Below, in pieces: positions 29,138 to 39,622 of a DNA stretch of 64,000 nt. A model generated the notes under the pieces. The model was not told the DNA's origin, did no database searches, and saw only the letters and a program-made list of their open reading frames with translations. The DNA is from Parcubacteria group bacterium. GTDB taxonomy: Bacteria > Patescibacteriota > Minisyncoccia > Phycocordibacterales > WO2-35-19. Each line of letters starts with the position of its first letter. The first letter of the stretch is position 1. The DNA is taken from NCBI GenBank assembly GCA_012514175.1, contig JAAZAU010000012.1, positions 110,897 to 174,896 on the forward strand. Direction: 5' to 3'. The translations under genes and the position numbers were made by a program.

Positions 29138-29641
29138 TTAAAATGCAGGTGTGAGAGGTTCGCAGGGATTTTCTTTCTGGTCAGAGCCGTAAAAACCACC
29201 ACTAAGCAACGCGTTGAAATTTTGGTAGGCTTTGTTTCGGTTAGGATCACCTTTGAGCATTTCCACTTCCAAAAGCGATGATTCTTCATCAAACCTCCTG
29301 ATGTCACCATCAGTTCTTTCAAGTAAACAATAAAGGGATTTGCTTATGGCAGCTCTACCCGCTTGAGCAGCACTGTCATCTCTAGCACTACCAGCGTAAA
29401 CACCAGTTTGCAAAGCTTTAGCCATTTGCTTCAACGTGGCCTGCATAACCGCGTTGTCTGGGTATCGGTCTACAATATATTTATCAAGATCATCCCAAAC
29501 TCCGTTAGCGTCATCGTCATAACCAAAACCATCGTAAGTGCCAAGTTGAGAAGAATTTTTAGACCCATCAAAATTATAAATCAAAAAAATAACACCTAGT
29601 AAAAACAAAATTGATAAACAAACGAACACAATTTTTTTCAT
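29138..29641 (-). CDS. Membrane-anchored protein, paralogue B (immunity-like)
   Basis: Shares identical 103-bp and 87-bp DNA blocks with paralogue A; different N-terminus. Confidence 0.7.
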   Translation of the reverse strand: MKKIVFVCLSILFLLGVIFLIYNFDGSKNSSQLGTYDGFGYDDDANGVWDDLDKYIVDRYPDNAVMQATLKQMAKALQTGVYAGSARDDSAAQAGRAAISKSLYCLLERTDGDIRRFDEESSLLEVEMLKGDPNRNKAYQNFNALLSGGFYGSDQKENPCEPLTPAF

Positions 29642-29763
29642 AAATTTATTTTTAATGATTGGTTAATAATAGTATTTTACAACATTTCCTGAGATACAAA
29701 ACCCGGTTATGGGTGTAGCTCATAATTTTGGAAATAGCGTCATTTGTGGTAATATTTCAAGGT

Positions 29764-30747
29764 ATGTCAAAAATAATTCTTTCAGGAGTAAAGCCTACAG
29801 GTAGACCTCATATAGGTAATTATTTTGGCGCTATGAAGCAATTCGTAGATTTGCAAAACAGCGAACCAGAAGCCATTAAATATTTCTTTGTAGCGGACTA
29901 CCACGCGCTCAACCTCATTCAAAACGCAGAAGAAATGAGGCAACACTCACGTGATATAGTTTTAGATTTTTTAGCTATTGGCCTTGATCCAAACAAATCT
30001 ATTATTTTCAAACAGTCCGACATTTTAGAACACACAGAACTTTGTTGGATTTTTGACGCAATCACCACTGTGCCATATTTGAAGCGCGCCCACGCTTACA
30101 AAGATGCAGTTGCCAAAGGAGGCGAAGAAATCATTAACGTTGGCACTTTCAATTACCCGATGCTTATGGCAGCCGATATTTTGCTTTACGACACCGACCT
30201 TGTGCCGGTTGGCAAAGATCAAAAACAGCACGTTGAATTTGCTCGTGACACAGCCGAGAAGTTTAATCGTGTTTTTGATAGCGAAACTTTCAAATTGCCT
30301 GAGCCTTACATTTTACCAAATGTAGAAATTGTGCCTGGCACCGATGGACAAAAAATGAGTAAGAGTTATAAAAACACTATCCCGCTTTTTGCTGACGATG
30401 AAGAAATTGAAAAAATAGTGATGGGTATAGTAACTGACTCTACTGGTGAAAAACCGCAAAATGTTTACAACATTCACAAAATTATTCTGTCAGCCAATAA
30501 CGCAAGTGATGTTGTCCAAGACAAACTGCAAAAAATTTACGAGGAAAACAAAGGTAAGTATAAAAACCTAAAAGAAATTTTGATAGAAGATTTAAAAAAT
30601 TTCATAAGACCACTCAGAGAAAAGAGAGCTGAGTTAGCAAAAGATGAAGAACTGGTAAATAATATTTTGAAAGTCGGCAGAGAAAAAGCTGGTCCAGTAG
30701 CAACCGAAAAAATGAAGCAAATAAAAAAAGCTATCGGAGTAATATAA
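29764..30747 (+). CDS. trpS: Tryptophan--tRNA ligase
   Basis: SGVKPTGRPHIGNY, YPMLMAADILLY, VPVGKDQ, KMSKS. Confidence 0.97.
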   Translation: MSKIILSGVKPTGRPHIGNYFGAMKQFVDLQNSEPEAIKYFFVADYHALNLIQNAEEMRQHSRDIVLDFLAIGLDPNKSIIFKQSDILEHTELCWIFDAITTVPYLKRAHAYKDAVAKGGEEIINVGTFNYPMLMAADILLYDTDLVPVGKDQKQHVEFARDTAEKFNRVFDSETFKLPEPYILPNVEIVPGTDGQKMSKSYKNTIPLFADDEEIEKIVMGIVTDSTGEKPQNVYNIHKIILSANNASDVVQDKLQKIYEENKGKYKNLKEILIEDLKNFIRPLREKRAELAKDEELVNNILKVGREKAGPVATEKMKQIKKAIGVI

Positions 30748-30751
30748 TTAT

Positions 30752-32152
30752 ATGCAAAGAACTTATATAAAAGATTTGAAAGAAAAAATAGGGGAGGAAG
30801 TGATTATTAAAGGTTGGGTTAATGTTCGGCGCGATCAAGGAAAAATGGTTTTCGTTGATATGCGCGATATGACCGGACTTGTGCAATGTGTCGTTTTGCC
30901 AAAAAGCGAAGCTATTGAGGTTGCCAAGGAAATAAGAACCGAATGGGTTTTATCCATAAAAGGAAAGGTAAACGAACGCCCAGAAAAGAATAAAAATGAC
31001 AAGGTTCAAAACGGCGATATTGAAATTGAGATTTTAAACATAGAAATTTTAAATAAAGCTGAAGTTTTACCTTTTGAAATTTCGTCGGATACCAAAGATA
31101 TAAACGAAGATACTCGTCTTAAATATCGTTATCTAGATTTGCGTAGCGAAAGAATGCAAAAAAATATCCGAGCTAGAGGCAAACTCATAAAATACGTAAG
31201 AGATTTTATGGATAGTGAAGGTTTTGTAGAAGTAGAAACTCCAATACTTACTAAATCTACACCAGAAGGTTCGCGCGACTATGTCGTGCCTTCCAGACTT
31301 TACCACGGCAAATTTTATGCTCTACCACAATCACCTCAACAATACAAACAACTTTTAATGACTGCCGGTATGGAAAAATATTTCCAAATTGCGAGATGTA
31401 TGCGCGATGAAGATTCTCGCGGAGACCGACAACCCGAGTTTACACAAATGGACTTAGAAATGAGTTTTGTTGAAAGAGAAGACGTGATGGACATCAACGA
31501 AAGATGCCTCATTGGACTAATCCAAAAACTTTATCCTGAAAAGAAAATACAGCAGATACCTTTTCCAAGACTTTCTTTTGCTGAAGCTATGGAAAAATAT
31601 GGTAGCGACAAACCTGATCTCCGCGAAGACAAAAACGATCAAAATCTTTTAGCTTTTTGTTGGGTAATTGATTTTCCATTTTTTGAAAAAACCGATGAAG
31701 GTGGTTGGACCTTCACTCATAATCCATTTTCTAGACCAAAACCCGAATTTATGGAAGACCTTATGAAAAAAGAGAACATTGAAAAAATCCTAACGACTCA
31801 ATACGACATTGCGTTAAATGGTATGGAAATTGGCGGTGGCAGTATTAGAAACCACGAACCAGAAGCTTTGCAAAAAGTTTTTGAAATTATGGGACACGAA
31901 ACCGAAAAAATAAAAGAAAACTTTGGTCATATGCTATCGGCCTTTTCTTTAGGCACACCCCCTCATGGTGGTATCGCTTGGGGAATAGACAGATTGGTAA
32001 TGATACTTCAAAACGAACCAAACATCCGCGAAGTTATTCCTTTTGCAAAAACCGGGGAAGGTAAGGACCCAATGATGGAATCACCAACCACGATCACAGA
32101 AACTCAACTCCGCGAACTTCATATAAAAATTAGAGACACTAACCCAAAATAA
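30752..32152 (+). CDS. aspS: Aspartate--tRNA ligase (compact, no GAD insertion)
   Basis: RLKYRYLDLR, ALPQSPQ, DRQPEFTQ.D.E, PPHGGIAWGIDR. Confidence 0.96.
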   Translation: MQRTYIKDLKEKIGEEVIIKGWVNVRRDQGKMVFVDMRDMTGLVQCVVLPKSEAIEVAKEIRTEWVLSIKGKVNERPEKNKNDKVQNGDIEIEILNIEILNKAEVLPFEISSDTKDINEDTRLKYRYLDLRSERMQKNIRARGKLIKYVRDFMDSEGFVEVETPILTKSTPEGSRDYVVPSRLYHGKFYALPQSPQQYKQLLMTAGMEKYFQIARCMRDEDSRGDRQPEFTQMDLEMSFVEREDVMDINERCLIGLIQKLYPEKKIQQIPFPRLSFAEAMEKYGSDKPDLREDKNDQNLLAFCWVIDFPFFEKTDEGGWTFTHNPFSRPKPEFMEDLMKKENIEKILTTQYDIALNGMEIGGGSIRNHEPEALQKVFEIMGHETEKIKENFGHMLSAFSLGTPPHGGIAWGIDRLVMILQNEPNIREVIPFAKTGEGKDPMMESPTTITETQLRELHIKIRDTNPK

Positions 32153-32156
32153 AGAT

Positions 32157-32324
32157 AAAACCCCCAGACGCGAATGCGTCTGGGGGCGGACAACGAGAAT
32201 ACGGAATTGTCAAAAAAGAGAACGAGGACGTCGTGATGCCGAAGGCACGATTTGTTTGGACACAGGCTCCAAACTGCCAACGACAACAGCCGACACCCCG
32301 ATCTCGTTGTTGGTTTACGGTCTA
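32157..32324 (-). ncRNA. Candidate structured small RNA (6S-like rod)
   Basis: TATAAT (-) at 32331-32336; long-range stems; GC hairpin 32161-32186 followed by T tract on the - strand. Confidence 0.55.
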
Positions 32325-32451
32325 CATTTTATTATAGACCAATATACAACTTTTTACCACTTAACATATAAGTATTTATGTGTTATAATTTTATTCACTC
32401 TTATTAAAACAAAGAGAAAAAGAATATTGGAAATATGTTAAAATAAGCCCT

Positions 32452-33183
32452 ATGCACGATGATTTTAAGGTAAAAATAGGGGAAATAGAAGGGCCGTTAG
32501 AGCTTATTTTGGACCTAATAGAAAAGAGGAAACTTCACATAAGTGACGTTTCTCTTTCCCAAGTGGCAGACGAGTTCATTGAATACATAAAATCTTTTGA
32601 GGAATTTCCAATACAAGATTCGGCTGATTTTATTTTGGTTGCTTCAACGCTTTTATTGATTAAGTCCAAATCGCTTTTACCAAATCTTTCACTTACCCCG
32701 GAAGAACAGGACAATATAGAAGATTTAGAAAATAGATTAGCAACCTATAAAAAATACAAGGAGCTTTCTGTAAATGTCGCTCAAAGATTTGGGAATTTTT
32801 TATATTTTGCTAGAGAAAAGAGAAATATCAATATCGTGTTTGCTCCGGCAAACGATATCAATCTTTCTACGTTAAAAAACGCTCTGGTAGAAGTTTTAAA
32901 AAATGTGCCTCAAAAAACTGAAAAACTTCCAAAAGTGGCTATCACCAAAATTATAAGTTTGGAAGAGATGATAAACCGTTTATCAGACAGAATAAAAACC
33001 AGTCTTCGCACTAGTTTTAAAGATTTTTCAGGTATGGGCAAAGCGCAAAAAGTGGATGTGATAGTGAGTTTTTTAGCTATGTTAGAATTAGTAAAACAAG
33101 GCGTGGTAAAAGCCGACCAAAGTAACAATTTTGAAGATATTCAAATAGAAGGCGAAAACGCTGGGGTGCCAAGTTATTATTAA
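32452..33183 (+). CDS. scpA: Segregation and condensation protein A
   Basis: EGPLELILDLI, ASTLLLIKSKSLLP, FLAMLELVK. Confidence 0.94.
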   Translation: MHDDFKVKIGEIEGPLELILDLIEKRKLHISDVSLSQVADEFIEYIKSFEEFPIQDSADFILVASTLLLIKSKSLLPNLSLTPEEQDNIEDLENRLATYKKYKELSVNVAQRFGNFLYFAREKRNINIVFAPANDINLSTLKNALVEVLKNVPQKTEKLPKVAITKIISLEEMINRLSDRIKTSLRTSFKDFSGMGKAQKVDVIVSFLAMLELVKQGVVKADQSNNFEDIQIEGENAGVPSYY

Positions 33184-33194
33184 AAAAGTAAATT

Positions 33195-33746
33195 ATGGAT
33201 TTAGAACAAAAAATAGAAGCTTTGCTATTTTATAAAAACGAACCTTTAACCATAAAAGAATTGGTTAAATACACCTCAGAAAAAGAAAGTAATGTCAGAG
33301 AAGCCCTACAAAGGCTATCAGAAAATCTTTCAAACCGAGGTATTTGCCTTGTTGCAAACGACACAGAAGTTAGTCTAGCGACAGCTGTCCAAATGAAGGA
33401 CTTTTTAGAACAAATCGCCAAAGACGAAATGAGCAAAGAAATAGGCAAAGCCGGACTAGAAACTCTTGCTATAATCCTTTATAATGGGCCTGTAACCAGA
33501 AAAGAGATTGATTATATAAGAGGGGTTAATTCTGCCTTTATATTAAGAAATCTGTGTGTTCGTGGATTAGTAGAAAAGGAAGTGAACGAAAAAGATCAAA
33601 GAACTTTTAAATACAAAAGCAGTCTAGCGCTTTTAGCTCATTTAGGAATTACGAAAGTATCTGAATTGCCAGATTTTGAAATCTTAAATAAAAAAACAAA
33701 CGAATTAAAAAACCCACCTGAAAATGAAGAAGATGATCAAAGATAA
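33195..33746 (+). CDS. scpB: Segregation and condensation protein B
   Basis: IEALLF, LETLAIILY.GP.TR.EIDYIRGVNS. Confidence 0.94.
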   Translation: MDLEQKIEALLFYKNEPLTIKELVKYTSEKESNVREALQRLSENLSNRGICLVANDTEVSLATAVQMKDFLEQIAKDEMSKEIGKAGLETLAIILYNGPVTRKEIDYIRGVNSAFILRNLCVRGLVEKEVNEKDQRTFKYKSSLALLAHLGITKVSELPDFEILNKKTNELKNPPENEEDDQR

Positions 33747-34686
33747 ATTTAAAAAAATATTAGAAATAGAAACGAGAACAAAATATTTTACTCATTTTTT
33801 GTTGTGCCTACTAGTAACTTCAATAATATCTTTCAGCCTACTCGTTGTTCTAGAAACAACTCCTAAGGTTAAAAAAGAAAAACAAACTAAAAAAGTAGAT
33901 GCTTTTGAAACTGTAAAACTGGAAGCTAAAAGCGCTATAGTTTGGGATGTGGTTAATGGAAAAACAATTTTTTCAAAAAACTGTGACGAACCTTTGCCCC
34001 TTGCTTCGCTCACCAAAATAATGACCGCTGTCACCGTTGCCAAAGAAATAGATGATAACCAAAAAATAAAAATAACCCCAGAAGACTTATCACCGGAGGG
34101 AGATTCAAATTTGATAGTCGGAGATATTTGGCGGGCGAGAGAGCTGAGAGATTTTACTTTATTAACCTCTTCTAATGATGGGGCTTACGCTTTAGCCTCG
34201 GTCATTAAAGCCTATCCTAACAATCAACTAACGGACACCGACAACAATTTTGTAAAAAATATGAATGATAACGCGTTAGATATTGGACTTTTGAGTAGTA
34301 AATTCTTTAATGAACACGGTTTAGACAGGGATGAAAATAGAGGAGGCGCTTATGGTTCAGCTCGAGATATGGCTATGCTTTTTGAATACGCTTTAAAAAA
34401 TTACCCTGAAGTTTTAGAAGCCACTCGTTATAAAAATTTACATTTTGCTAGCACCGAAAAAATATACTCTGTTGAAAACACAAATGTTATAGTAGATCAA
34501 ATACCAAACCTCATTGCTTCTAAGACTGGTTACACTGATCTTGCCGGAGGCAACCTAATAATCGCTTTTGACGCTGGGCTCGGACGACCAATTATTATAA
34601 CTGTCCTGGGTTCAACAGAAGAGGGAAGATTTGCTGATGTTTTAAAATTAGTTGAAGCTACTAAGCAACAACTTCCAAATTTATAA
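33724..34686 (+). CDS. D-alanyl-D-alanine carboxypeptidase (S11)
   Basis: ASLTKIMT (SxxK), SSND, KTGYT. Confidence 0.92.
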   Translation: MKKMIKDKFKKILEIETRTKYFTHFLLCLLVTSIISFSLLVVLETTPKVKKEKQTKKVDAFETVKLEAKSAIVWDVVNGKTIFSKNCDEPLPLASLTKIMTAVTVAKEIDDNQKIKITPEDLSPEGDSNLIVGDIWRARELRDFTLLTSSNDGAYALASVIKAYPNNQLTDTDNNFVKNMNDNALDIGLLSSKFFNEHGLDRDENRGGAYGSARDMAMLFEYALKNYPEVLEATRYKNLHFASTEKIYSVENTNVIVDQIPNLIASKTGYTDLAGGNLIIAFDAGLGRPIIITVLGSTEEGRFADVLKLVEATKQQLPNL

Positions 34687-34689
34687 ATT

Positions 34690-35769
34690 ATGATTATTGA
34701 TATTGTAAAAGTTTTTTTACCAGCGGTTGGAGCCTTCGTCTTAGGAGTTTTGATGACCCCAATTTTAACTAACTTCCTTTATTCACATAAGATGTGGAAG
34801 AAGAGGGGAGGCAAAATAGCGCTTGATGGCAACCAAGCCGAGGTTTTCAACAAACTCCATAAAGAAAAAGAAGTAAACACTCCAAGAATGGGTGGAGTTA
34901 TTATTTGGTTTAGTTCGGCAGTTGTTATTATAGGTATCTGGATCGTTTCTAAATTTTTTCCCGGCGACATTACCACAAAACTTGATTTTCTTTCCAGAAA
35001 CCAAACTTGGGTGCCCTTAGGAACACTTCTACTTGGGTCTTTTGCTGGTCTTTTGGATGATTATCTAGAAATCAAAAGATCTGAAAGAACCGACGGGAAA
35101 AATGGCGGTCTTCCAGTAAAAATCCGTCTTTGCGTCGTTTTTGCAATATCTCTGGCTTGCGCTTTGTGGTTTTACGTAAAATTGGATGTAACGGGAATAG
35201 GTCTTCCATTTGGATTTGGAGAACTTTATTTAGGGCCTTTATTTGTTGTATTGTTTTTATTAACTTCGTTATTTATATACGCGAGTGGAGTTATTGATGG
35301 CATAGATGGACTCTCTGGCGGAGTTTTCGCTACTGTGTTTGCGGCTTACGCCGGTATCGCTTTTTATCAACAACAAATAGACCTTGCTGCTTTTTGCACT
35401 GCTGTTGTCGGAGGCATATTGGCATTTCTTTGGTTTAATATTCCGCCAGCCAGATTTTATATGTCAGAAACTGGCACGATGGGGCTCACTATTACGTTAA
35501 CAGTAGTCGCTTTTATGACTGATAGATTGGGCGGAGGTTATGGTTTTTTGGTGCTACCGATTATCGCTTTACCTTTAGTAATAACTGTATTATCCGATCT
35601 TATTCAAGTTTTTTCTAAAAAATTTAGAGGAAAAAAAGTTTTCCGCGTCGCTCCTTTACATCATCATTTTGAAGCCATTGGTTGGCCATCTTATAAAGTA
35701 ACTATGCGTTATTGGGTAGTTTCTGTGGTTTGCGCCATAACTGGTATTACTTTGGCTCTCATTGGATAA
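34690..35769 (+). CDS. mraY: Phospho-N-acetylmuramoyl-pentapeptide transferase
   Basis: TPRMGG, GLLDDY, DGIDGL, APLHHHFE. Confidence 0.95.
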   Translation: MIIDIVKVFLPAVGAFVLGVLMTPILTNFLYSHKMWKKRGGKIALDGNQAEVFNKLHKEKEVNTPRMGGVIIWFSSAVVIIGIWIVSKFFPGDITTKLDFLSRNQTWVPLGTLLLGSFAGLLDDYLEIKRSERTDGKNGGLPVKIRLCVVFAISLACALWFYVKLDVTGIGLPFGFGELYLGPLFVVLFLLTSLFIYASGVIDGIDGLSGGVFATVFAAYAGIAFYQQQIDLAAFCTAVVGGILAFLWFNIPPARFYMSETGTMGLTITLTVVAFMTDRLGGGYGFLVLPIIALPLVITVLSDLIQVFSKKFRGKKVFRVAPLHHHFEAIGWPSYKVTMRYWVVSVVCAITGITLALIG

Positions 35770-35836
35770 TTCTTTAAAATCTCATAAGTTTTCTTCTCCT
35801 TAGTAAGAGGAGGCTGAGGGTGTTATAATAGAGAGC

Positions 35837-36952
35837 ATGTCAGCTAAACTTGGAAAAATAAGCAAGCCGTTTTTGTTTTGGACTATAATTCTGGTTGTTG
35901 GTGGTTTTTTTATTTTTAGTTCAGCTTCACTTGGAGTTTTGGCTAGAGATGAAGTTAAATTTTCCAATGTCGCTTTTAACCAATTGTTTTACGGTTTATT
36001 TTTTGGTTCTATTGCTTGCCTTTTTTTTGCAAAAACTGATTATCATATCTGGAAAAAATATTCTTTTATATTTTTTGTGGGTTCAATATTGCTTACTGCT
36101 CTGGTATTTGTGCCCGGTATCGGTATGGAACACGGCGGAGCAAAACGCTGGATCAATCTTGGTTTTATCACATTTCAGCCCGCAGAAATTTTAAAAATCT
36201 CTTTTATAATATATTTTGCTGCTTGGCTTTCACAGATGAAAGAAAAAATAGGCACCTTTAAATGGGGTCTTTTGCCGTTCATTGTTTTTGGCGCCATTAT
36301 TGGAGTTATTCTTTTAACCCAACCAGACACCGACACTTTTGCAGTTATTATTTTCGCAGCCCTTTCAATGTATATCGTCGCCGGTGCTAAATGGCGTCAC
36401 ATAGGTTTGATACTTCTTTTGGGTGTGGCTATTGCGACCGCGCTTTATTTCACCAGACCTTACATCAAACAAAGAGTAGATGTAATGCTTCACCCGTCTA
36501 TAAACAACCAAACATCTGGTTACCAACTTAAACAATCTCTAATAGCAATTGGTTCTGGAAAAATGTGGGGCAGGGGATTCGGTCAAAGTATTCAAAAATT
36601 TCATTATCTACCAGAACCAATTGGCGATTCAGTGTTCGCGGTAGCCGCGGAAGAATTCGGTTTTGTGGGAGCCTGTATAATAATAGTCAGCTTTGTTATT
36701 TTTAGTTTTGAAGGCTTGAAAATCTCAATCAGATCAAGAGATGATTTTGGTAGACTTGTGTCTTTAGGAATTGTTATAATGCTAATGTCTCAAGCTTTTA
36801 TCAATATTGGGGGTATGATAGGCGTATTACCGCTTACCGGGATACCTCTACCATTTATCAGCCATGGCGGTACTGCTCTTTTTATAACTTTAATTGAAGT
36901 TGGTATCGTAATGAATATATCTAAAAACAGAAAACGTATTAAAAAATCATGA
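35837..36952 (+). CDS. ftsW: SEDS peptidoglycan polymerase FtsW
   Basis: GAKRWI, FQPAEILK, LPLTGIPLPFISHGG; lies between mraY and murG. Confidence 0.9.
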   Translation: MSAKLGKISKPFLFWTIILVVGGFFIFSSASLGVLARDEVKFSNVAFNQLFYGLFFGSIACLFFAKTDYHIWKKYSFIFFVGSILLTALVFVPGIGMEHGGAKRWINLGFITFQPAEILKISFIIYFAAWLSQMKEKIGTFKWGLLPFIVFGAIIGVILLTQPDTDTFAVIIFAALSMYIVAGAKWRHIGLILLLGVAIATALYFTRPYIKQRVDVMLHPSINNQTSGYQLKQSLIAIGSGKMWGRGFGQSIQKFHYLPEPIGDSVFAVAAEEFGFVGACIIIVSFVIFSFEGLKISIRSRDDFGRLVSLGIVIMLMSQAFINIGGMIGVLPLTGIPLPFISHGGTALFITLIEVGIVMNISKNRKRIKKS

Positions 36953-38082
36953 AAATAATATTTACAGGCGGAGTTACAGGTGGACATTTTTATCCGATTA
37001 TAGCTGTCGTAGAAGCTATTCAAAAAATATCCAGAGAGAAAAAAATTCTTTCACCTAAAATGTATTTTTTTGCACCTTCTCCATACAACCAAGGTCTGCT
37101 TTATGATCACAATATAGAATTCAAAAGAGTGACTGCAGGCAAAATGCGCACATATTTTTCATTACAAAATTTTACAGATATATTTAAAACTATATGGGGA
37201 ATTTTAAACGCTCTTTATGACGTTTTCAACATTTATCCAGATGTTGTTTTTTGCAAAGGAGGATACGGAAGTTTTCCGGTAGTATTCGCGGCTAGAATAT
37301 TGCGTATTCCAGTATTTGTTCATGAGTCAGATTCTGTCGCCGGCAAAGTTAATAAGTGGGCAAGTAAATTTGCAGACAGAATCGCAATTTCCTTCAAAGA
37401 AGCCATTGCCTCTTTCCCTGAAGCAAAAGTAGCTTACACCGGACAGCCTGTGCTAGAAGAAAAACTGAACCCGATTGCAGACGGCGCTAATGAATTTTTC
37501 GGATTTGATAACAGTGTTCCAACCATCTTTATAATGGGGGGCTCCCAAGGCGCCGAGATGATCAATAATGCTATTTTGGATATTTTGCCAGACTTGGTTG
37601 AAAATTATCAAGTTATTCACCAAACTGGTCTAACCAATCTAAAAGTAACAGAAGAATCAGCTGCCGCCATACTTTTGGGCAATCCAAACAAAGATAGGTA
37701 CAAAACTTTCGGTTATATGAATAATCTTGAAATGATGATGGCAGCGGGAATATCTTCGCTAGTTATAAGCAGAGGCGGTTCTAGTATTTTTGAAATAGCT
37801 TCTTGGGCCAAGCCTTCAATTATAATACCGATCACAAATTCAAGCGGTAACCACCAAATTAAAAACGCATTCGCTTACGCTTCAAGTGGTGCTTGTTCGG
37901 TCCTGCAAGAAGAAAATCTTAAACCTAGCATCTTTATTGCCGAAATTAAAAGAATACTTAATAATCCAGAAATCGCAGAAAAAATGAAAGAAAATGCTAA
38001 AAATTTCTTTAAACCCGGCGCAGCTGACACTATCGCGAGAGAACTTTTATCTATTATGTTTTCCCACGAAAAATTAGAATAA
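36949..38082 (+). CDS. murG: MurG glycosyltransferase
   Basis: GGVTGGHFYP, KGGYGS, HESD, GGSQGA, HQIKNA. Confidence 0.95.
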   Translation: MKIIFTGGVTGGHFYPIIAVVEAIQKISREKKILSPKMYFFAPSPYNQGLLYDHNIEFKRVTAGKMRTYFSLQNFTDIFKTIWGILNALYDVFNIYPDVVFCKGGYGSFPVVFAARILRIPVFVHESDSVAGKVNKWASKFADRIAISFKEAIASFPEAKVAYTGQPVLEEKLNPIADGANEFFGFDNSVPTIFIMGGSQGAEMINNAILDILPDLVENYQVIHQTGLTNLKVTEESAAAILLGNPNKDRYKTFGYMNNLEMMMAAGISSLVISRGGSSIFEIASWAKPSIIIPITNSSGNHQIKNAFAYASSGACSVLQEENLKPSIFIAEIKRILNNPEIAEKMKENAKNFFKPGAADTIARELLSIMFSHEKLE

Positions 38083-38148
38083 TTAATTCTAAAAATTAAT
38101 TCTAAAAAAGATCTAATCCAACAAGGTATTTTTTGCTATAATAGACTT

Positions 38149-39609
38149 ATGGCAAATAATGAAAAAGTGGTCACCAGATTTGCGCCGTCACCAACGGGTT
38201 TTATGCATGTTGGAAGCGCAAGAACCGCCCTTTACGCGTGGTTATTAGCTAAAAAAAACAATGGCACTTTTATATTAAGAATAGAAGACACAGACAAAGA
38301 AAGGGAAGTTGCTGGTTCTATTGAACATATAAAAAAATCTTTGAAATGGCTTTCTTTAAACTGGGACGAAGGACCTGATATTGGCGGTCCTAGCGCTCCT
38401 TATATTCAATCAGAAAGATTGGAAATATATAAAAAATACGCAAATATTTTGATAGAAAAAGGTTATGCGTATGCCGATCCTTACACAGCCGAAGAAATAG
38501 AAAACTTCAAGAAAAAATCAGAAGAAGAAAAGAAACCTTTTTTGTATCGGGAATACAGACCAGAAAATCCTCCTCCTTGGGATGGTTCTAAGCCTCTTAG
38601 ATTTAAAGTGCCTGAATTAAAAAGAACCGAATGGAAAGATTTAGTTTGGGGCGAACTTTCTGCTGGCATTGAAGCTTTGGACGATTTTGTATTAATAAAA
38701 AGTGATGGTTTTCCGACATATAATTTTGCCCACATTGTTGATGATATTGAAATGGGTGTCACTCACATAGTGAGAGGACAAGAATTTATTGCTTCCACGC
38801 CAAAATTTTTATCAGTCTATGAAGCTTTAGAAATTACTCCTCCAAATTTTGTAACCGTGCCTCCAATAATGGGAGCCGACGGCAAAAGAAAACTTGGCAA
38901 ACGAGATGGCGCTAAAGATATTTTGGATTACGAAAACGAAGGTTATCTCCCAGAAACTATGGTTAATTTCCTCGCCTTTCTAGGTTTTAATCCAGGGGGA
39001 GAGAAAGAGATCTACACCAAAGAAGAATTGGCAAAAGTCTTTGATCTAAACAAAATTCAAAAATCGGGAGCACAATGGAATGACGACAAATTAGACTGGA
39101 TGAACAGAGAACACATTAAATTGTTGCCCGAAGAAGAACGTAACGAAAAAATATTTGACCGTCTTCAAAAAAATCCTGAAATATCAAAAAGTGAAAAAAT
39201 AAAAGACCGAGATTATGTTTCAAAAATTTATCCTATTATTTTTGATAGAATCTCTAAGTGGTCAGATATAGACACAATGATTTCAGCGGGGGAGCTTTCT
39301 TATTTCTTTGAAAAACCTACTCTAGAAAAAGAAAAAATTGTCTGGAAAACTCAAACTCAAGAAAATGCTAAAGAAAATCTGGAAAAAGTTTTAGGAATTT
39401 TTGAATCAGAAATTACCAATTACGAATCGTGTAAAGAAAAAATTATACAACACGCAACCGAAGTAGGGAAGGGGGAAGTACTTTGGCCTCTACGCTATGC
39501 CCTATCAGGAAAAGAAAAATCGCCAGACCCACTAACCTTGATTAGCGTGCTGGGTATAGCAGAAAGCAAAGAGAGAGTTGCAAAAGCTATCCAAATTTTG
39601 ACGCCTTAA
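38149..39609 (+). CDS. gltX: Glutamate--tRNA ligase
   Basis: RFAPSPTG.MHVG, LRIEDTD, KLGKRDG. Confidence 0.97.
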   Translation: MANNEKVVTRFAPSPTGFMHVGSARTALYAWLLAKKNNGTFILRIEDTDKEREVAGSIEHIKKSLKWLSLNWDEGPDIGGPSAPYIQSERLEIYKKYANILIEKGYAYADPYTAEEIENFKKKSEEEKKPFLYREYRPENPPPWDGSKPLRFKVPELKRTEWKDLVWGELSAGIEALDDFVLIKSDGFPTYNFAHIVDDIEMGVTHIVRGQEFIASTPKFLSVYEALEITPPNFVTVPPIMGADGKRKLGKRDGAKDILDYENEGYLPETMVNFLAFLGFNPGGEKEIYTKEELAKVFDLNKIQKSGAQWNDDKLDWMNREHIKLLPEEERNEKIFDRLQKNPEISKSEKIKDRDYVSKIYPIIFDRISKWSDIDTMISAGELSYFFEKPTLEKEKIVWKTQTQENAKENLEKVLGIFESEITNYESCKEKIIQHATEVGKGEVLWPLRYALSGKEKSPDPLTLISVLGIAESKERVAKAIQILTP

Positions 39610-39622
39610 TTTTTCAAAAGAA

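Noticed and set aside
29686-29722. T-box leader upstream of trpS
   Set aside because: Only a weak hairpin; too short and no T-box consensus
32256-32441. 61-aa ORF between aspS and scpA
   Set aside because: TTG start, no features, and overlaps the better-supported structured RNA and promoters
35795-35822. REP-like hairpin ctcct-tagtaag-aggag before ftsW
   Set aside because: Only 5-6 bp, single copy; cannot be told from chance
38081-38106. Tandem aattaattctaaa x2
   Set aside because: Low-complexity slippage duplication with no functional sign
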